From an uncultured bacterium (GTDB lineage Bacteria > Verrucomicrobiota > Verrucomicrobiia > Limisphaerales > UBA8199), in the NCBI GenBank assembly GCA_963749495.1, contig CAVVMW010000021.1:32001-96000 (forward strand): a stretch of DNA of 64,000 nucleotides. The letters are read 5' to 3'. The position numbers were made by a program, and so were the translations under genes. The notes under the pieces were generated by a model. The model was not told where the DNA came from. It was given only the letters and a program-made list of their open reading frames with translations, and searched no databases. Of the stretch, positions 28,501-37,937 are shown one piece after another; position 1 is the stretch's first letter, and the number at the start of each line of letters is the position of its first letter.

Positions 28501-30423
28501 GACTCGGTCGAGGCCGTGGGGTTGATCAAGATGGACATCCTCGCCCAGGGCGGCCTGGCGGTCATGCGCGATGTGTTGGCCGAAGTTAGTCCAGAGTCCA
28601 GAGTCCAGAGTCCACAGTCCGGATATCAGATTTCAGATCCGAGATCTCAAATTCCAGAGTCCGGAGTCCGCACTCCGCATTCGCCATTCGTCATTCGTCA
28701 TTCGTCATTCCCCCCTCCGCCATCCGTCTCCCTTCCTCCGAAGGACTCCGCATTCCGCACTCCGCACTCCGCATTGGCGGACCCGGAGGTCTGGGAGATG
28801 ATCGCCGGGGGCCACGCCCGCGCGGTGCATCACATCGAGAGCCCGGCCATGGTATCGCTCTGCAAAATGTGCGGCGTGCGGGACATTGACACGCTCATCG
28901 CCATCGTCTCGGTGATTCGCCCCGGCGCGGCCAACGAGAGCAAGAAGATGGAATTTGCGCGGCGCTACCAGGGCCTGACCCCGGTGCGCTATGCGCATCC
29001 GTCGCTGGAGCCGTGCCTGCGCAGCACTTACGGCCTGGTGGTCTATGAAGAGCATATCCTGCAGATCTGCGAGGCCTTCGCCGGCCTGCCGCCGGGCCGG
29101 GCGGACGTCCTGCGCCGGGCGCTGGGCAAAGAGAAGGAGGGCCTGATTGCGCAGATCCAGGGTGAGTTCGCCCAGTGCGCCCGGCGGCGCGGCCGCACCG
29201 AGGCCCAGATTACGGAGGTGTGGGGGCTGGTGGCCGGTTTTCGAGGCTATGCCTTCTGCAAGGCGCACAGCACCGCTTACGGCGTCGAGGCCTATCAATC
29301 GGCCTGGCTCAAGCGGTATTACCCGGCCCAGTTCATGGCCGCGGTCCTCACCAACGGCAAAGGCTTTTATGACCCGCTGGTCTATGTGCTCGAATGCCAT
29401 CGGCTGGGCATTTCGCTGCTGCCGCCCTCGGTCAACGACCCCGGCCCGCAATTCAGGGTGCGCGAGGGCAAGATCCGCGTGCCGCTCCTGCGGGTCAAAG
29501 GGCTGACCGGCCGCACTTCTGAAACCATCCTGGCCGAGCGCGACCGCGACCGGTTTTCGTCGCTGCCCGATTTCCTGCTCCGCGTCCAGCCGCTCCCGCA
29601 AGAGATGGAGGCGCTCATCCGGGTGGGGGCCTTCGATGAGTTCGGCAAATCCCGCACGACGCAGGTACCTGGGAATTCAAATCGCTCTGTGCGCAGTCCA
29701 GAGTCAGTCCACAGTCCACAGTCCACAGTCCAGAGTCCACAGTCCACAGTCCAGAGTCCACAGTCCACAGTCCAGAGTCCACAGTCCGGATATCAGATTT
29801 CAGATCCGAGATCTCAAATTCCAGAGTCCGGAGTCCGCACTCTGCATTCGTCATTCGTCATTCGTCATTCGTCATTCCGCCCTCCACCCCCCGCCAGCCT
29901 CTGGCTGTTCCCACCGGGAAACCTCGACCATTTGCCTTCCGTCCCGCTGTCGGAACCCAATCGGCTGCAACGGCTGCGCTGGGAGGAAGAGTTGCTGGGC
30001 TTCCCCGCGAGCGGCCATCCGCTGGAGTTGTTTCCCGATGTGGCCTGGGACACCTATTGTCCCGTCTGCCGGCTCGGCCAGCACGTGGGCCAGCAGGTGG
30101 TCACTTGCGGCCTGGTCATCGAGCAGCGCCTCTTTCACCAGACCACCGGCGAGCCGATGAAGTTCCTGACCCTGGCCGATTGGACCGGCATGGTGGAGAC
30201 CGAACTCTTCGCCCGCACCTACCGCTCCTACGGCCTGAACACGATCCGCTACCGCGTCCTGGAAATCTCGGCCACAGTCGAGCCGTTTGAAAACGGGCGC
30301 GGCTATACCCTGCGCGTGCTCCGGGCGGGCAAGGCGAGGGGGAGGGAATGCGGAGTGCGGAGTGCGGAGTGCGGAGTGCGGAATCCTTCGGAAGGAGGGA
30401 GACGGGGAACGAATGACGAATGA
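25519..30423 (+). CDS. Fused Y-family DNA polymerase IV (DinB) + C-family DnaE2-like DNA polymerase alpha subunit
   Basis: N-terminal HLDADAFFASVEQ, ASYEARKFG, SIDEGY and little-finger domain; then PHP (HSYYSFLDS, ALTDRNNLHG), RGSAA.SLV.Y.LGI, PDIDVDF, HPCG, KMDIL, YEE.I.Q, YAFCKAHS and OB fold. Confidence 0.9.
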   Translation: MTESRQRARAIVHLDADAFFASVEQAADARLRGRPVAVGGDKRGIIASASYEARKFGIYTPMPTALARRLCPRLVLLPGDFDKYELFSRLMFSYAYDFTPDVEIGSIDEGYFDLTGSRRPALSIAETIRQAIRQALRLSVSEGIAANKLVSQIASKLNKPAAFQFVPGGQEGQFLAPLANQWLPGIGPRTAAQLNAAGLARIGQVACTPLDLLGLLVGNQAPQLHRFALGQDERPVIPARAPAKSYGQQETFAADTTDQEFLEAALQRMADHLMAKVRADGKSIRTLTVKVRYNDMDEEQASESLAEPTDLETEIYTRVILLLRRAWKRRVSLRLVSLKLDNVYDGPFRSGLALDTAARRHDAQQRLAGAVDQLREKYGRSALLRGHDFVLAESVHSPESTVHSPQSGSRNAEDGRRRTEDGGRKTECGLRTREFEISDLKSDIRTVDCGLWTVDRGLTLDCGLPLNVHSYYSFLDSTLSIRAVVDWAKRHELPAIALTDRNNLHGAVEFAQAAAEAGIKAIIGAELAWQGRRVCLYVQDQTGYRNLCGILSAKTARGGEEDSPGTIGGQYKRQKGQQGRQDADSAAAREMKMDFQGNVRAPLRAPAIFDSPEHTAGLLAVSPCAELARFFPGRFYLAVENPDALGGRTVPLPCVPWLPVHYEQPADRWKYDVVQSIRTLTLLRQQHPQKRLGGEYHFRSGAELQRLFGARPEWLQHSHEIADRCQFAFRLGKPQFPAYAPADGSTPAAFLRRLALEGLQRRYPTEHARLKPQLEEELLIITEVGYEEYFLVMWDILQECLRRAIHWITRGSAADSLVCYCLGISDVCPIRFDLYFRRFLNKERMALSKLPDIDVDFAHDRKDDVLDLIFEKYGPAHAAIVGGFSTFQSRSAFAEAAKVLGVSEFQVRRITERLPHFSRASELAQAAAATLECRDLPLDQEPYASALRMARFLDGFPRYPKMHPCGLVLSRQAMSEITPCFVSAKGYPTTHFDMDSVEAVGLIKMDILAQGGLAVMRDVLAEVSPESRVQSPQSGYQISDPRSQIPESGVRTPHSPFVIRHSSFPPPPSVSLPPKDSAFRTPHSALADPEVWEMIAGGHARAVHHIESPAMVSLCKMCGVRDIDTLIAIVSVIRPGAANESKKMEFARRYQGLTPVRYAHPSLEPCLRSTYGLVVYEEHILQICEAFAGLPPGRADVLRRALGKEKEGLIAQIQGEFAQCARRRGRTEAQITEVWGLVAGFRGYAFCKAHSTAYGVEAYQSAWLKRYYPAQFMAAVLTNGKGFYDPLVYVLECHRLGISLLPPSVNDPGPQFRVREGKIRVPLLRVKGLTGRTSETILAERDRDRFSSLPDFLLRVQPLPQEMEALIRVGAFDEFGKSRTTQVPGNSNRSVRSPESVHSPQSTVQSPQSTVQSPQSTVQSPQSGYQISDPRSQIPESGVRTLHSSFVIRHSSFRPPPPASLWLFPPGNLDHLPSVPLSEPNRLQRLRWEEELLGFPASGHPLELFPDVAWDTYCPVCRLGQHVGQQVVTCGLVIEQRLFHQTTGEPMKFLTLADWTGMVETELFARTYRSYGLNTIRYRVLEISATVEPFENGRGYTLRVLRAGKARGRECGVRSAECGVRNPSEGGRRGTNDE
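26695..26910. repeat. Composite heptamer element copy B: in-frame insert at the DinB/DnaE linker forming a 48-bp hairpin
   Basis: Arms 26695-26742 and 26849-26896 with two mismatches. Confidence 0.9.
28588..28775. repeat. Composite heptamer element copy C, in-frame inside the DnaE core
   Basis: 17 consecutive 7-nt units from 28591, drifting from CCAGAGT to CGTCATT, between MRDVLAE and DPEVWEMI. Confidence 0.9.
29695..29892. repeat. Composite heptamer element copy D, in-frame between the HhH and OB regions
   Basis: Direct repeat of copy C with a longer CCACAGT/CCAGAGT tract. Confidence 0.9.
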
Positions 30424-30525
30424 CGAATGACGAATGCGGGGTGCAGACTCCGGACTCTGGAATTTGAGATCCGGGATCTGAAATCTGATATCCGGACTGT
30501 GGACTGTGGACTGTGGACTGTGGAC
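30345..30525. repeat. Composite heptamer element copy E, spanning the polymerase stop codon
   Basis: Reverse complement of copy C; supplies the ...ECGVRSAECGVRNPSEGGRRGTNDE* tail. Confidence 0.9.
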
Positions 30526-30599
30526 CGCCCCGCCGTCCGACTTTCGGCTTGCGCAGCGCCGGATTAACGGCTTTGCTATCGCGCCATCAGGCACAACTT

Positions 30600-31742
30600 A
30601 TGAAACAGCTCAACGTCGGACTCATCGGCTGCGGCTTCATGGGCCGCACGCACTCCAACGCCTATCGCAAAGTCAATAACTTCTTCGACCTCGAATACCA
30701 TCCCGTCCTCAAAGCGGTCTGCGATATCGAGGAGCCCAAGGTCAAGGCCTTTGCGGCCCGGTGGGGCTACGAATCCCACGAAACCGATTGGCGCAAGCTG
30801 GTCACACGCCCGGACATCAACCTGGTGGACATCCCGGCCCCGAACGACCTGCACAAGGACATCGCGATCGCGGCGGCCAAGGCCGGCAAGATGATCCTGT
30901 GCGAGAAACCGCTGGCCAGGAACGGCCCCGAGGCCCTGAAAATGGTCGAGGCGGTCGAAAAGGCCGGCGTGCCCAACTTCGTCTCGTTCAATTACAGGCG
31001 CATCCCCGCCGTGACGCTGGCCAAGCAACTTATCGATGAGGGCCGGCTGGGGCGCATCTTCCATTACCGGGCGAAGTTCCTGCAGGACTGGACGATCTCG
31101 AAAGACCTCCCACAGGGAGGCACGGCGCTTTGGCGGCTGGATGTCAAGGTGGCCGGGAGCGGCGTGACGGGCGATTTGCTGGCGCATTGCATCGATACGG
31201 CCCTGTGGCTCAACGGCCCCATCGAGAAGGTCAACGCGATGACCGAGACCTTCATCAAGGAACGGATGCACACGCTGACAGGCAAGGTGGAGAAGGTGGG
31301 CATCGATGATGCCTGCGCGTTCCTGGCCCGGTTCAAGAACGGCTCGCTCGCCACCTTCGAAGCCACCCGCTACGCCCGAGGCCACAAGGCCCTCTACACC
31401 TTCGAGATCAACGGCGAGCACGCCTCCATCTTCTGGGACCTCCACGACCTCCACCGCCTCCAGTATTTCGACCACCGCGACGAGGGCCGCGTCCGGGGCT
31501 GGCGCAACATTCATGTCACCGATGGCGACCATCCCTACATGGGCAAGTGGTGGGTGCCCGGGCTGCAAATCGGCTACGAGCACAGTTTCGTACACCAGGT
31601 CGCCGACTTCCTCGAGGGCCTAGCCACGGGCAAACCCGCCAGCCCCACCTTCCGCGAGGCGCTCCAAACTCAATACGTCTGCGACGCCGTCCTCAAGTCC
31701 GCCAAGACCGCCCGGTGGGAGAAGGTCAAAAGCAGTCAATAG
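30600..31742 (+). CDS. Gfo/Idh/MocA family oxidoreductase
   Basis: VGLIG.GFMG..HS, CEKPLA, FNYRR.PA, GSG..GDL.AH.ID. Confidence 0.93.
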   Translation: MKQLNVGLIGCGFMGRTHSNAYRKVNNFFDLEYHPVLKAVCDIEEPKVKAFAARWGYESHETDWRKLVTRPDINLVDIPAPNDLHKDIAIAAAKAGKMILCEKPLARNGPEALKMVEAVEKAGVPNFVSFNYRRIPAVTLAKQLIDEGRLGRIFHYRAKFLQDWTISKDLPQGGTALWRLDVKVAGSGVTGDLLAHCIDTALWLNGPIEKVNAMTETFIKERMHTLTGKVEKVGIDDACAFLARFKNGSLATFEATRYARGHKALYTFEINGEHASIFWDLHDLHRLQYFDHRDEGRVRGWRNIHVTDGDHPYMGKWWVPGLQIGYEHSFVHQVADFLEGLATGKPASPTFREALQTQYVCDAVLKSAKTARWEKVKSSQ

Positions 31743-31848
31743 TTCAATAGTTCGATATTTCGATGTTTTGAGTAGCCAAAACCGGCCGTATCGGTTATCC
31801 TCGTGCGGTTCACGAGTCTGAGTCTGACTCGATTCGATTGCAGGATGC

Positions 31849-32733
<885 letters not shown>

Positions 32734-32766
32734 GCGGGGACGTCTCGGAGACGCCAGAGCGGCGCC

Positions 32767-32964
32767 TTTTTGCCCCGAAGGGGCTGCCGACAATAGCCCG
32801 GCGTTTCAACGCCGGGTGAGCGGAGCCAAGGAGCGGGTCCGTCCCGAAGGGACGGCTGAAAGCGAGGAGTGTTCTCAGTCGTCCCTTCGGGACGAGGGGT
32901 CCCTTTTGTGGCCTCCCCGGCGTTGAAACGCCGGGCTATTGTCAGATGTCCCTCCGGGACAAAA
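32767..32964. repeat. REP-like nested palindrome between convergent genes
   Basis: GACAATAGCCCGGCGTTTCAACGCCGGG ... CCCGGCGTTGAAACGCCGGGCTATTGTC, with inner CGTCCCGAAGGGACG / CGTCCCTTCGGGACG. Confidence 0.85.
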
Positions 32965-33058
32965 CTCCCGAGGTGCAGGCCCACCGCTTTTAATCGCACC
33001 CCGGCAGAGCGCGGACGTGGCCCCCGGCCCGATAGCGTGCGGAGGCGAGGCACATCCC

Positions 33059-33844
33059 TCAGCCTGACGCCGGCGCCCCTTGCGTGACCCAGCCGACGAT
33101 GAGGTCTGCCGCCGCGCGGGAGGCGGTGCTCAACACGGTGTGGTCGGCGCGCAGGATTCTGAATTCCCGCAGCGCCGGGCATTGGCGCTTGAGCCATGGG
33201 CGGACCAGGGGCCAAGGGACGATCGGGTCCAGCCAACCGGTGATGGCATAGACGGGCACCTTGGCGCGGCAGGCCAGCGGGGCGGGGTCGCTGGCGGCCA
33301 GCAAGTGCAGGCGGTGCTTGGCAGCCTGGCGGTCTTCATCCGTCCGGCGGGCGATGAACTCGTTGATGGCCGCCAGCACTTCGGGCTCGTGACGGAAACG
33401 AAAACGGGCCAGGTGCGCATAGCCGAAGAGGATTGCCGTCACCAGCCCCAGTGAAATGCTCCCGGTGAGCCATTCGGCCAAGCGGACCCCCCGGCCGATC
33501 GGGTGCCGGACAAATCCCCCGGCCAGGATAACGCCCTGTGCCTGGAAGCGCTCGCGTGCCAGCAGGTGCCACACCACCTGGGAGCTGAATGACTCGCCCA
33601 GCAGCCACCCGCCCACAATCCCCTGGCCTGCCAGGGCACGCTCCACCCCCGCCGCGTAATCCTCCAACGACCACGTCACCGTTCGCGGATAGGTAATCTC
33701 GACAAACCGCACCCGTCCGGTCACGGCCTTGCGGAACCCGCCAATCAGCGTCCAGTCCCCGTGCAAGCCCGGCAGATATACCAGCGTGGGCAGGGCCTCC
33801 CCACCGTGGACCCGGACCTCGATTTCTTCGTCTCTTATCGCCAT
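33059..33844 (-). CDS. Alpha/beta hydrolase
   Basis: LVYLPGLHG, nucleophile elbow GESFS, G..D.IVP, terminal ADH. Confidence 0.82.
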   Translation of the reverse strand: MAIRDEEIEVRVHGGEALPTLVYLPGLHGDWTLIGGFRKAVTGRVRFVEITYPRTVTWSLEDYAAGVERALAGQGIVGGWLLGESFSSQVVWHLLARERFQAQGVILAGGFVRHPIGRGVRLAEWLTGSISLGLVTAILFGYAHLARFRFRHEPEVLAAINEFIARRTDEDRQAAKHRLHLLAASDPAPLACRAKVPVYAITGWLDPIVPWPLVRPWLKRQCPALREFRILRADHTVLSTASRAAADLIVGWVTQGAPASG

Positions 33845-33897
33845 GGTCAGAGGACGAGAAATTGAAAATTGAAAATTGTGGCCAGTGGTCCTTGACC

Positions 33898-34071
33898 GGG
33901 CGCATCCTGACACTGCCCCCGGAGTGCGCCCGTCCCCGGGCGCGGCAGCGACGGAGCGGGCAGGCGCGCCGGAGTGTTCCACCGCTGCCGTGGCTTCGGA
34001 CGTTGCTGCGCCCGGGGACGGGCGCACTCCGCTCCGGGCCCCCGCGGTGGGGGCAGTGTCGAGATGCGCCC
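33898..34071. mobile_element. 174-bp MITE (family C core) with 22-bp TIRs and a 9-bp target duplication TCCTTGACC
   Basis: TIRs GGGCGCATCCTGACACTGCCCC / GGGGCAGTGTCGAGATGCGCCC; TSD at 33889-33897 and 34072-34080; nested between inverted (AAATTGA)n and (CAATTTT)n arrays. Confidence 0.85.
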
Positions 34072-34122
34072 TCCTTGACCGGTTGCTGCAATTGGCAATT
34101 GGCAATTTTCAATTTTCAATTT

Positions 34123-36345
34123 TCAATCCCCCTTCATCGGGATGCTCTTCGGCGCCGGTTGGCCCGGGTTGCGTCCAACTGTGGTGCGAACGACGGCTCC
34201 TTGTGTGAGCACCATCCCCTCCAGCCGCCTGTGGTCGACCTTGCCCGTGCCCAGGAGCGGCAATTGGGCGAGCACCTCCAGCCGGCGCGGCACGGCCAGG
34301 TTGCCCAGGCCGCGGGCGCGGAGGGCCTCTCGAATCTGCGGCACAGTCAGCCTCGACTCGTTTGTGACCGCAATCAACTGCTCCCCGTGGTCCTGGTCCG
34401 GCCCGGCGATGACCGCCACCGCGCACCGCAGACCGTATTGGGGAAAGGCCCCGGCCAGGGCCTCCTCGACGGCCGTCAGGCTCACCATCTCACCCCCGAT
34501 CTTGGCAAAGCGCTTGAGCCGCCCCAGGATGTGAACAAATCCTTCCGGACACACCCGCACAATATCGCCCGTGTCGTACCACCCGCCCAGGGCCTGGAAT
34601 GCCGCGTTGGCCTCCGGGTTCAAATAGCCCCGCATCACGTTCGGCCCGCGGACGAACAATCGCCCGACCGCTCCGCCTTGACTCTCTCCCAGTCCTTCGA
34701 CCGGCTCCAACCGGTACTCGATGCCCGGCAGGAATTGCCCCGTCGAGCCCGCGCGCGGGCGCATTGGCAGATCGACGCTCAGGGCGGGGCTGCACTCGGT
34801 GACGCCGTAGCCTTGGAGGATGCGGATGCCGAAGCGGCGCGCCCAGAGCGCGGCGGTGCTCTCCTGGAGCTTTTCGGCGCCGGCAAATGTGTAGCGCACG
34901 GTGCGGAAATCATAGGCGTGCGCCTTGCGCCCGTAGCCGGCCAGGAATGTGTTGGTGCTGAGCAGAACCGTGCAATTGAAATTGTACACTGCCGAGGGCA
35001 CCACGCGGTAGTGCAGCGGCGAGATGTAGAGAAACACGAACACTCCGCGCACCAGCGGCAAAAACAGGCCGATGTTCAAGCCGAAACAGTGGAACAATGG
35101 CAGGGCATTGAACAGCCGGTCGGTTTCCATCAAATCGATGACCGAGACCACCTGCCGCAGATTGGAGAGCAGATTGCGATGGGTCAGTTCCACGCCTTTG
35201 GGCTCGCCTTCCGAGCCGCTGGTGAACAGGACCACCGCGGTGTCCTGGGCGGCAGGCCAGCGCGGAGCGATTGGCCAACGCAGGACGCGCCGGGCCAGCG
35301 CGCCCAGCTTGCGCGCCCAACCGATGGCGGCCCGCTCGTCTTCCAGGAAGACCCACTGGATGCCGGCCGCTTCGAACGGCGCAAGGTCCAGGCCCAGGCG
35401 CTCGACGAATCCCCTGGCCGTGATGACCCGCCTCAGCCCAGCCAGGCGCGCGCAGCCCAGCAGCACCCCCGCCCCGCCCGAGTAATTGAGGACTGCCGGG
35501 ACCTTGTTCGCCGCCCACAGGGCCAGCAGCACCACCGGCATCGCGTTCACGTTGGGGAGCAGCACACCCACCCGCGGCCCCGCCGACTGGGGCCATTGCC
35601 GCCACCGGGCCGCCAGCAAGTCCGCCCCAACCAGCAGCCGCCGGCAGGTCAATTGCTGGAGCGAGACGTCCTGCACCGCCACCCGGCCCGGCCATTGCCG
35701 CGCCGACTCGGCAATCGCCGCCGGCAGCGTCGCCGGGCCAAGCTCCTGCTCGGTCTCGAATTGCTGCCTCACCATCTGGTCCCGCAGCCAATCGGTCAGC
35801 CGCGTCCTGCCCTCGGCCGCGCTGACGTGGTCGAGCCTGGGCGGCGCCAGCACCGGGCTGAAATGGACCGAGAGTCGCGGAAACCATCGCTTGGAATCCG
35901 GGTTCCGGGAGAACGGCAGCCGCCGCGCGCCGCGCAGGTAGGCCGTAATCACCTTGGGCCGGGTCTTGAAGATGAGAAAACCGGTGCCGTCAAAGAGCTT
36001 CATCAGCGAGCCCGTACAGGAAAGCCGCCCCTCGGGGAAGAGCACCAGCCGGCCCCCGCCTTGCAGGTACTCGGCCACGTGCTTGATCGGGTAGGGCGAA
36101 GCCATGTCCAGCGGAAAGGTGCGGCGGTTGACCATGAGACGCTTGTGCAGCCAACTCACCTCCGCCGCCGTGCTCGAGGTCACGAAGCGCCAATCCTCCT
36201 CCAGGCACACCCCGATCAGCAGCCAATCCCACCAGGAAACATGGTTGGGCAGCAGCAGGGCCGGCCCCGGCGTCCTGAGCACCGCCTCGTTCTCGGCGCG
36301 AAAACCGTAGAGCAATCGGAGCAGCCCGCGAACGAGCCATCTCAT
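34123..36345 (-). CDS. aas: Aas-like bifunctional acyltransferase / AMP-dependent acyl-ACP synthetase
   Basis: PNHVSWWD and FPEG (PlsC domain); FTSGSEG.PKGV, GYG.TE.SP, WYDTGD, GR.KRFAKIGGEMVSL. Confidence 0.88.
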   Translation of the reverse strand: MRWLVRGLLRLLYGFRAENEAVLRTPGPALLLPNHVSWWDWLLIGVCLEEDWRFVTSSTAAEVSWLHKRLMVNRRTFPLDMASPYPIKHVAEYLQGGGRLVLFPEGRLSCTGSLMKLFDGTGFLIFKTRPKVITAYLRGARRLPFSRNPDSKRWFPRLSVHFSPVLAPPRLDHVSAAEGRTRLTDWLRDQMVRQQFETEQELGPATLPAAIAESARQWPGRVAVQDVSLQQLTCRRLLVGADLLAARWRQWPQSAGPRVGVLLPNVNAMPVVLLALWAANKVPAVLNYSGGAGVLLGCARLAGLRRVITARGFVERLGLDLAPFEAAGIQWVFLEDERAAIGWARKLGALARRVLRWPIAPRWPAAQDTAVVLFTSGSEGEPKGVELTHRNLLSNLRQVVSVIDLMETDRLFNALPLFHCFGLNIGLFLPLVRGVFVFLYISPLHYRVVPSAVYNFNCTVLLSTNTFLAGYGRKAHAYDFRTVRYTFAGAEKLQESTAALWARRFGIRILQGYGVTECSPALSVDLPMRPRAGSTGQFLPGIEYRLEPVEGLGESQGGAVGRLFVRGPNVMRGYLNPEANAAFQALGGWYDTGDIVRVCPEGFVHILGRLKRFAKIGGEMVSLTAVEEALAGAFPQYGLRCAVAVIAGPDQDHGEQLIAVTNESRLTVPQIREALRARGLGNLAVPRRLEVLAQLPLLGTGKVDHRRLEGMVLTQGAVVRTTVGRNPGQPAPKSIPMKGD

Positions 36346-36628
36346 TGGGCACCGCCTTCCACAAGCCTTCCGGGGATCTGCCTCATACCGCGTTCCGAGC
36401 GCATGCGCAGGGGCAGGGTGCCGAGGGCCGAGTGTCGAGGGTCGTGGTCATGATGGCTTAGGTCTCACTTGCCAACCGGTGCCCGTTGTCCGCAATTTGC
36501 CTCAGCCTTATGATCTCATTGTTGACATGTCAACAGGTTTAGAGGGCCAGGGGCAGGACCCTGATTCGCTCATTCGGGAAATAATAAAATTGCCTTGCAG
36601 GATTATGCAGCAAGATTGATACTGAAGC

Positions 36629-37165
36629 GTGGCTTTTTCTTTTTTTCACCGGTGGTTCAGTCGCGCAGACACATGCGCTCTGGAAGTCAGACCGAACGAG
36701 TGCGGGCCTGACGGCGCGGAGGCGCAGTTTCTGAGAGGCTTGAAGTTCGCCAGCGGGCAGGGCGGGGCCCGGGATTTGGCCCAGGCGGCGCATTACTACG
36801 CACAGGCGGCCGAGCAGAACCATAGTTTGGCGCAATTGAATCTCGCGACGCTCTACGGACAGGGCCAGGGAGTGGCGCGGGACCAAGCGAAATCGCGGAT
36901 GTGGCTGACCAAAGCGGCGAAGATGGGCAACGCTGCCGCGCAATACAGGCTGGGCGTCCAGCAACACCTGGTTTGTCGCGGGGGCTCCAGCGGAGCGGCA
37001 GCCGAAGGCCGGATTGAGGCGTTGAAGTGGGTGCGCCTGTCCGCCGGCCAGGGTTGCCCCGGCGCCGAGGGCGCCTGCGAGTTTGTCGCGCTAGGCATGA
37101 CGCGGCAGGAGGTGGCCGAGGGCGCGCGGCGTGCGGCCGCGTTTGTGGCCGGGCCCGGCGTGTAG
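36629..37165 (+). CDS. Sel1-like repeat protein
   Basis: AEAQF..G......G...D...A...Y..AAEQ....AQ.NL..LY..G.GV.RD...S..W..KAA..G. Confidence 0.85.
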   Translation: MAFSFFHRWFSRADTCALEVRPNECGPDGAEAQFLRGLKFASGQGGARDLAQAAHYYAQAAEQNHSLAQLNLATLYGQGQGVARDQAKSRMWLTKAAKMGNAAAQYRLGVQQHLVCRGGSSGAAAEGRIEALKWVRLSAGQGCPGAEGACEFVALGMTRQEVAEGARRAAAFVAGPGV

Positions 37166-37209
37166 CTTGAGCGCCAGGGTTCCCTCCGGGAGAATTCTGA
37201 GAGATCCTC

Positions 37210-37815
37210 ATGAACCCAAGATTATATATCGGCAACCTCTCCGCCGGCGTGACCCAGGCCGACCTGCGGCTCTTGTTTTCGCAGGCAGGAGCCGTCACTG
37301 AAGTCACATTGATGCTCGATCCAGCCACTCACCAGTCGCGCGGATTCGGCTTTGTCACAATGGCCACGCCCGAGTTGGCGGCTGCGGCCCTCCGGGATTT
37401 CCACTGCTACAGCCTTGGGGGGCGCTATATTACCGTGACCGAGGCCCGTCCCCCGCAAGAGCCGAAAGGCATGATGAGCGAGGGTTTTGATCAGAAGACC
37501 TCAACGCCCTTCCGGCCCGGCGTTCAGCAGGGCAAGAGCCATCGAACGCTCGACCGGCTTCCCACGCCGTCGCGGTCGAGGCCGGTGAATCGGAGGGCCC
37601 CTGGTGGCACGGCCCCCCTGGCTGGGCGCCCGGCGATTGACCAGCCATCTCTCCTGCTCATGGCCGCAAGCACGAGGACCAGGCCGGGGACGCCGATTCC
37701 AATGCCAAAACCGCCCCTCCTCTCCAGTGGGTTATGGGACCGCGGCGAAAAACCGAAAAACCGATTTGGGGCTTGCAATCGCTCCGAAAACCGGCACATT
37801 CAGGCTGTCTCTTGA
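37210..37815 (+). CDS. RRM RNA-binding protein with C-terminal extension
   Basis: RNP2 LYIGNL, RNP1 SRGFGFVTM, V.EARP. Confidence 0.85.
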   Translation: MNPRLYIGNLSAGVTQADLRLLFSQAGAVTEVTLMLDPATHQSRGFGFVTMATPELAAAALRDFHCYSLGGRYITVTEARPPQEPKGMMSEGFDQKTSTPFRPGVQQGKSHRTLDRLPTPSRSRPVNRRAPGGTAPLAGRPAIDQPSLLLMAASTRTRPGTPIPMPKPPLLSSGLWDRGEKPKNRFGACNRSENRHIQAVS

Positions 37816-37826
37816 TACGTTTTTCA

Positions 37827-37901
37827 CTTCCATGACATGGAAATCTTCAGGTGAACCCGGTTCAATGATGATTTGAGACCCGACCCGCGGGAACAGTATG
37901 G
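37827..37901 (+). ncRNA. Candidate structured cis-regulatory leader upstream of an RRM gene (copy 1)
   Basis: CTTCCA..ACATGG-AAATCTTCAGGTGAAC.ccg.GTTCA.TGATGATTTGA.ACCCG.....CGGGAACAGT.TGG shared with 39593-39667; differences fall mostly in loops. Confidence 0.6.
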
Positions 37902-37937
37902 CGAGCGCAGAACTGTCCGGGACAGTGTACAAAATCC

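Noticed and set aside
26695..29892. Inteins or self-splicing introns in the DnaE domain
   Set aside because: The inserts are short, low-complexity repeats with no C/S...HN-C/S/T splice motifs and no recognisable group I/II structure.
33862..36453. Long antisense ORFs (e.g. 33862-36453, 20151-22229, 10934-12436, 4260-5867)
   Set aside because: Shadow frames of high-GC genes on the opposite strand, with no recognisable motifs.
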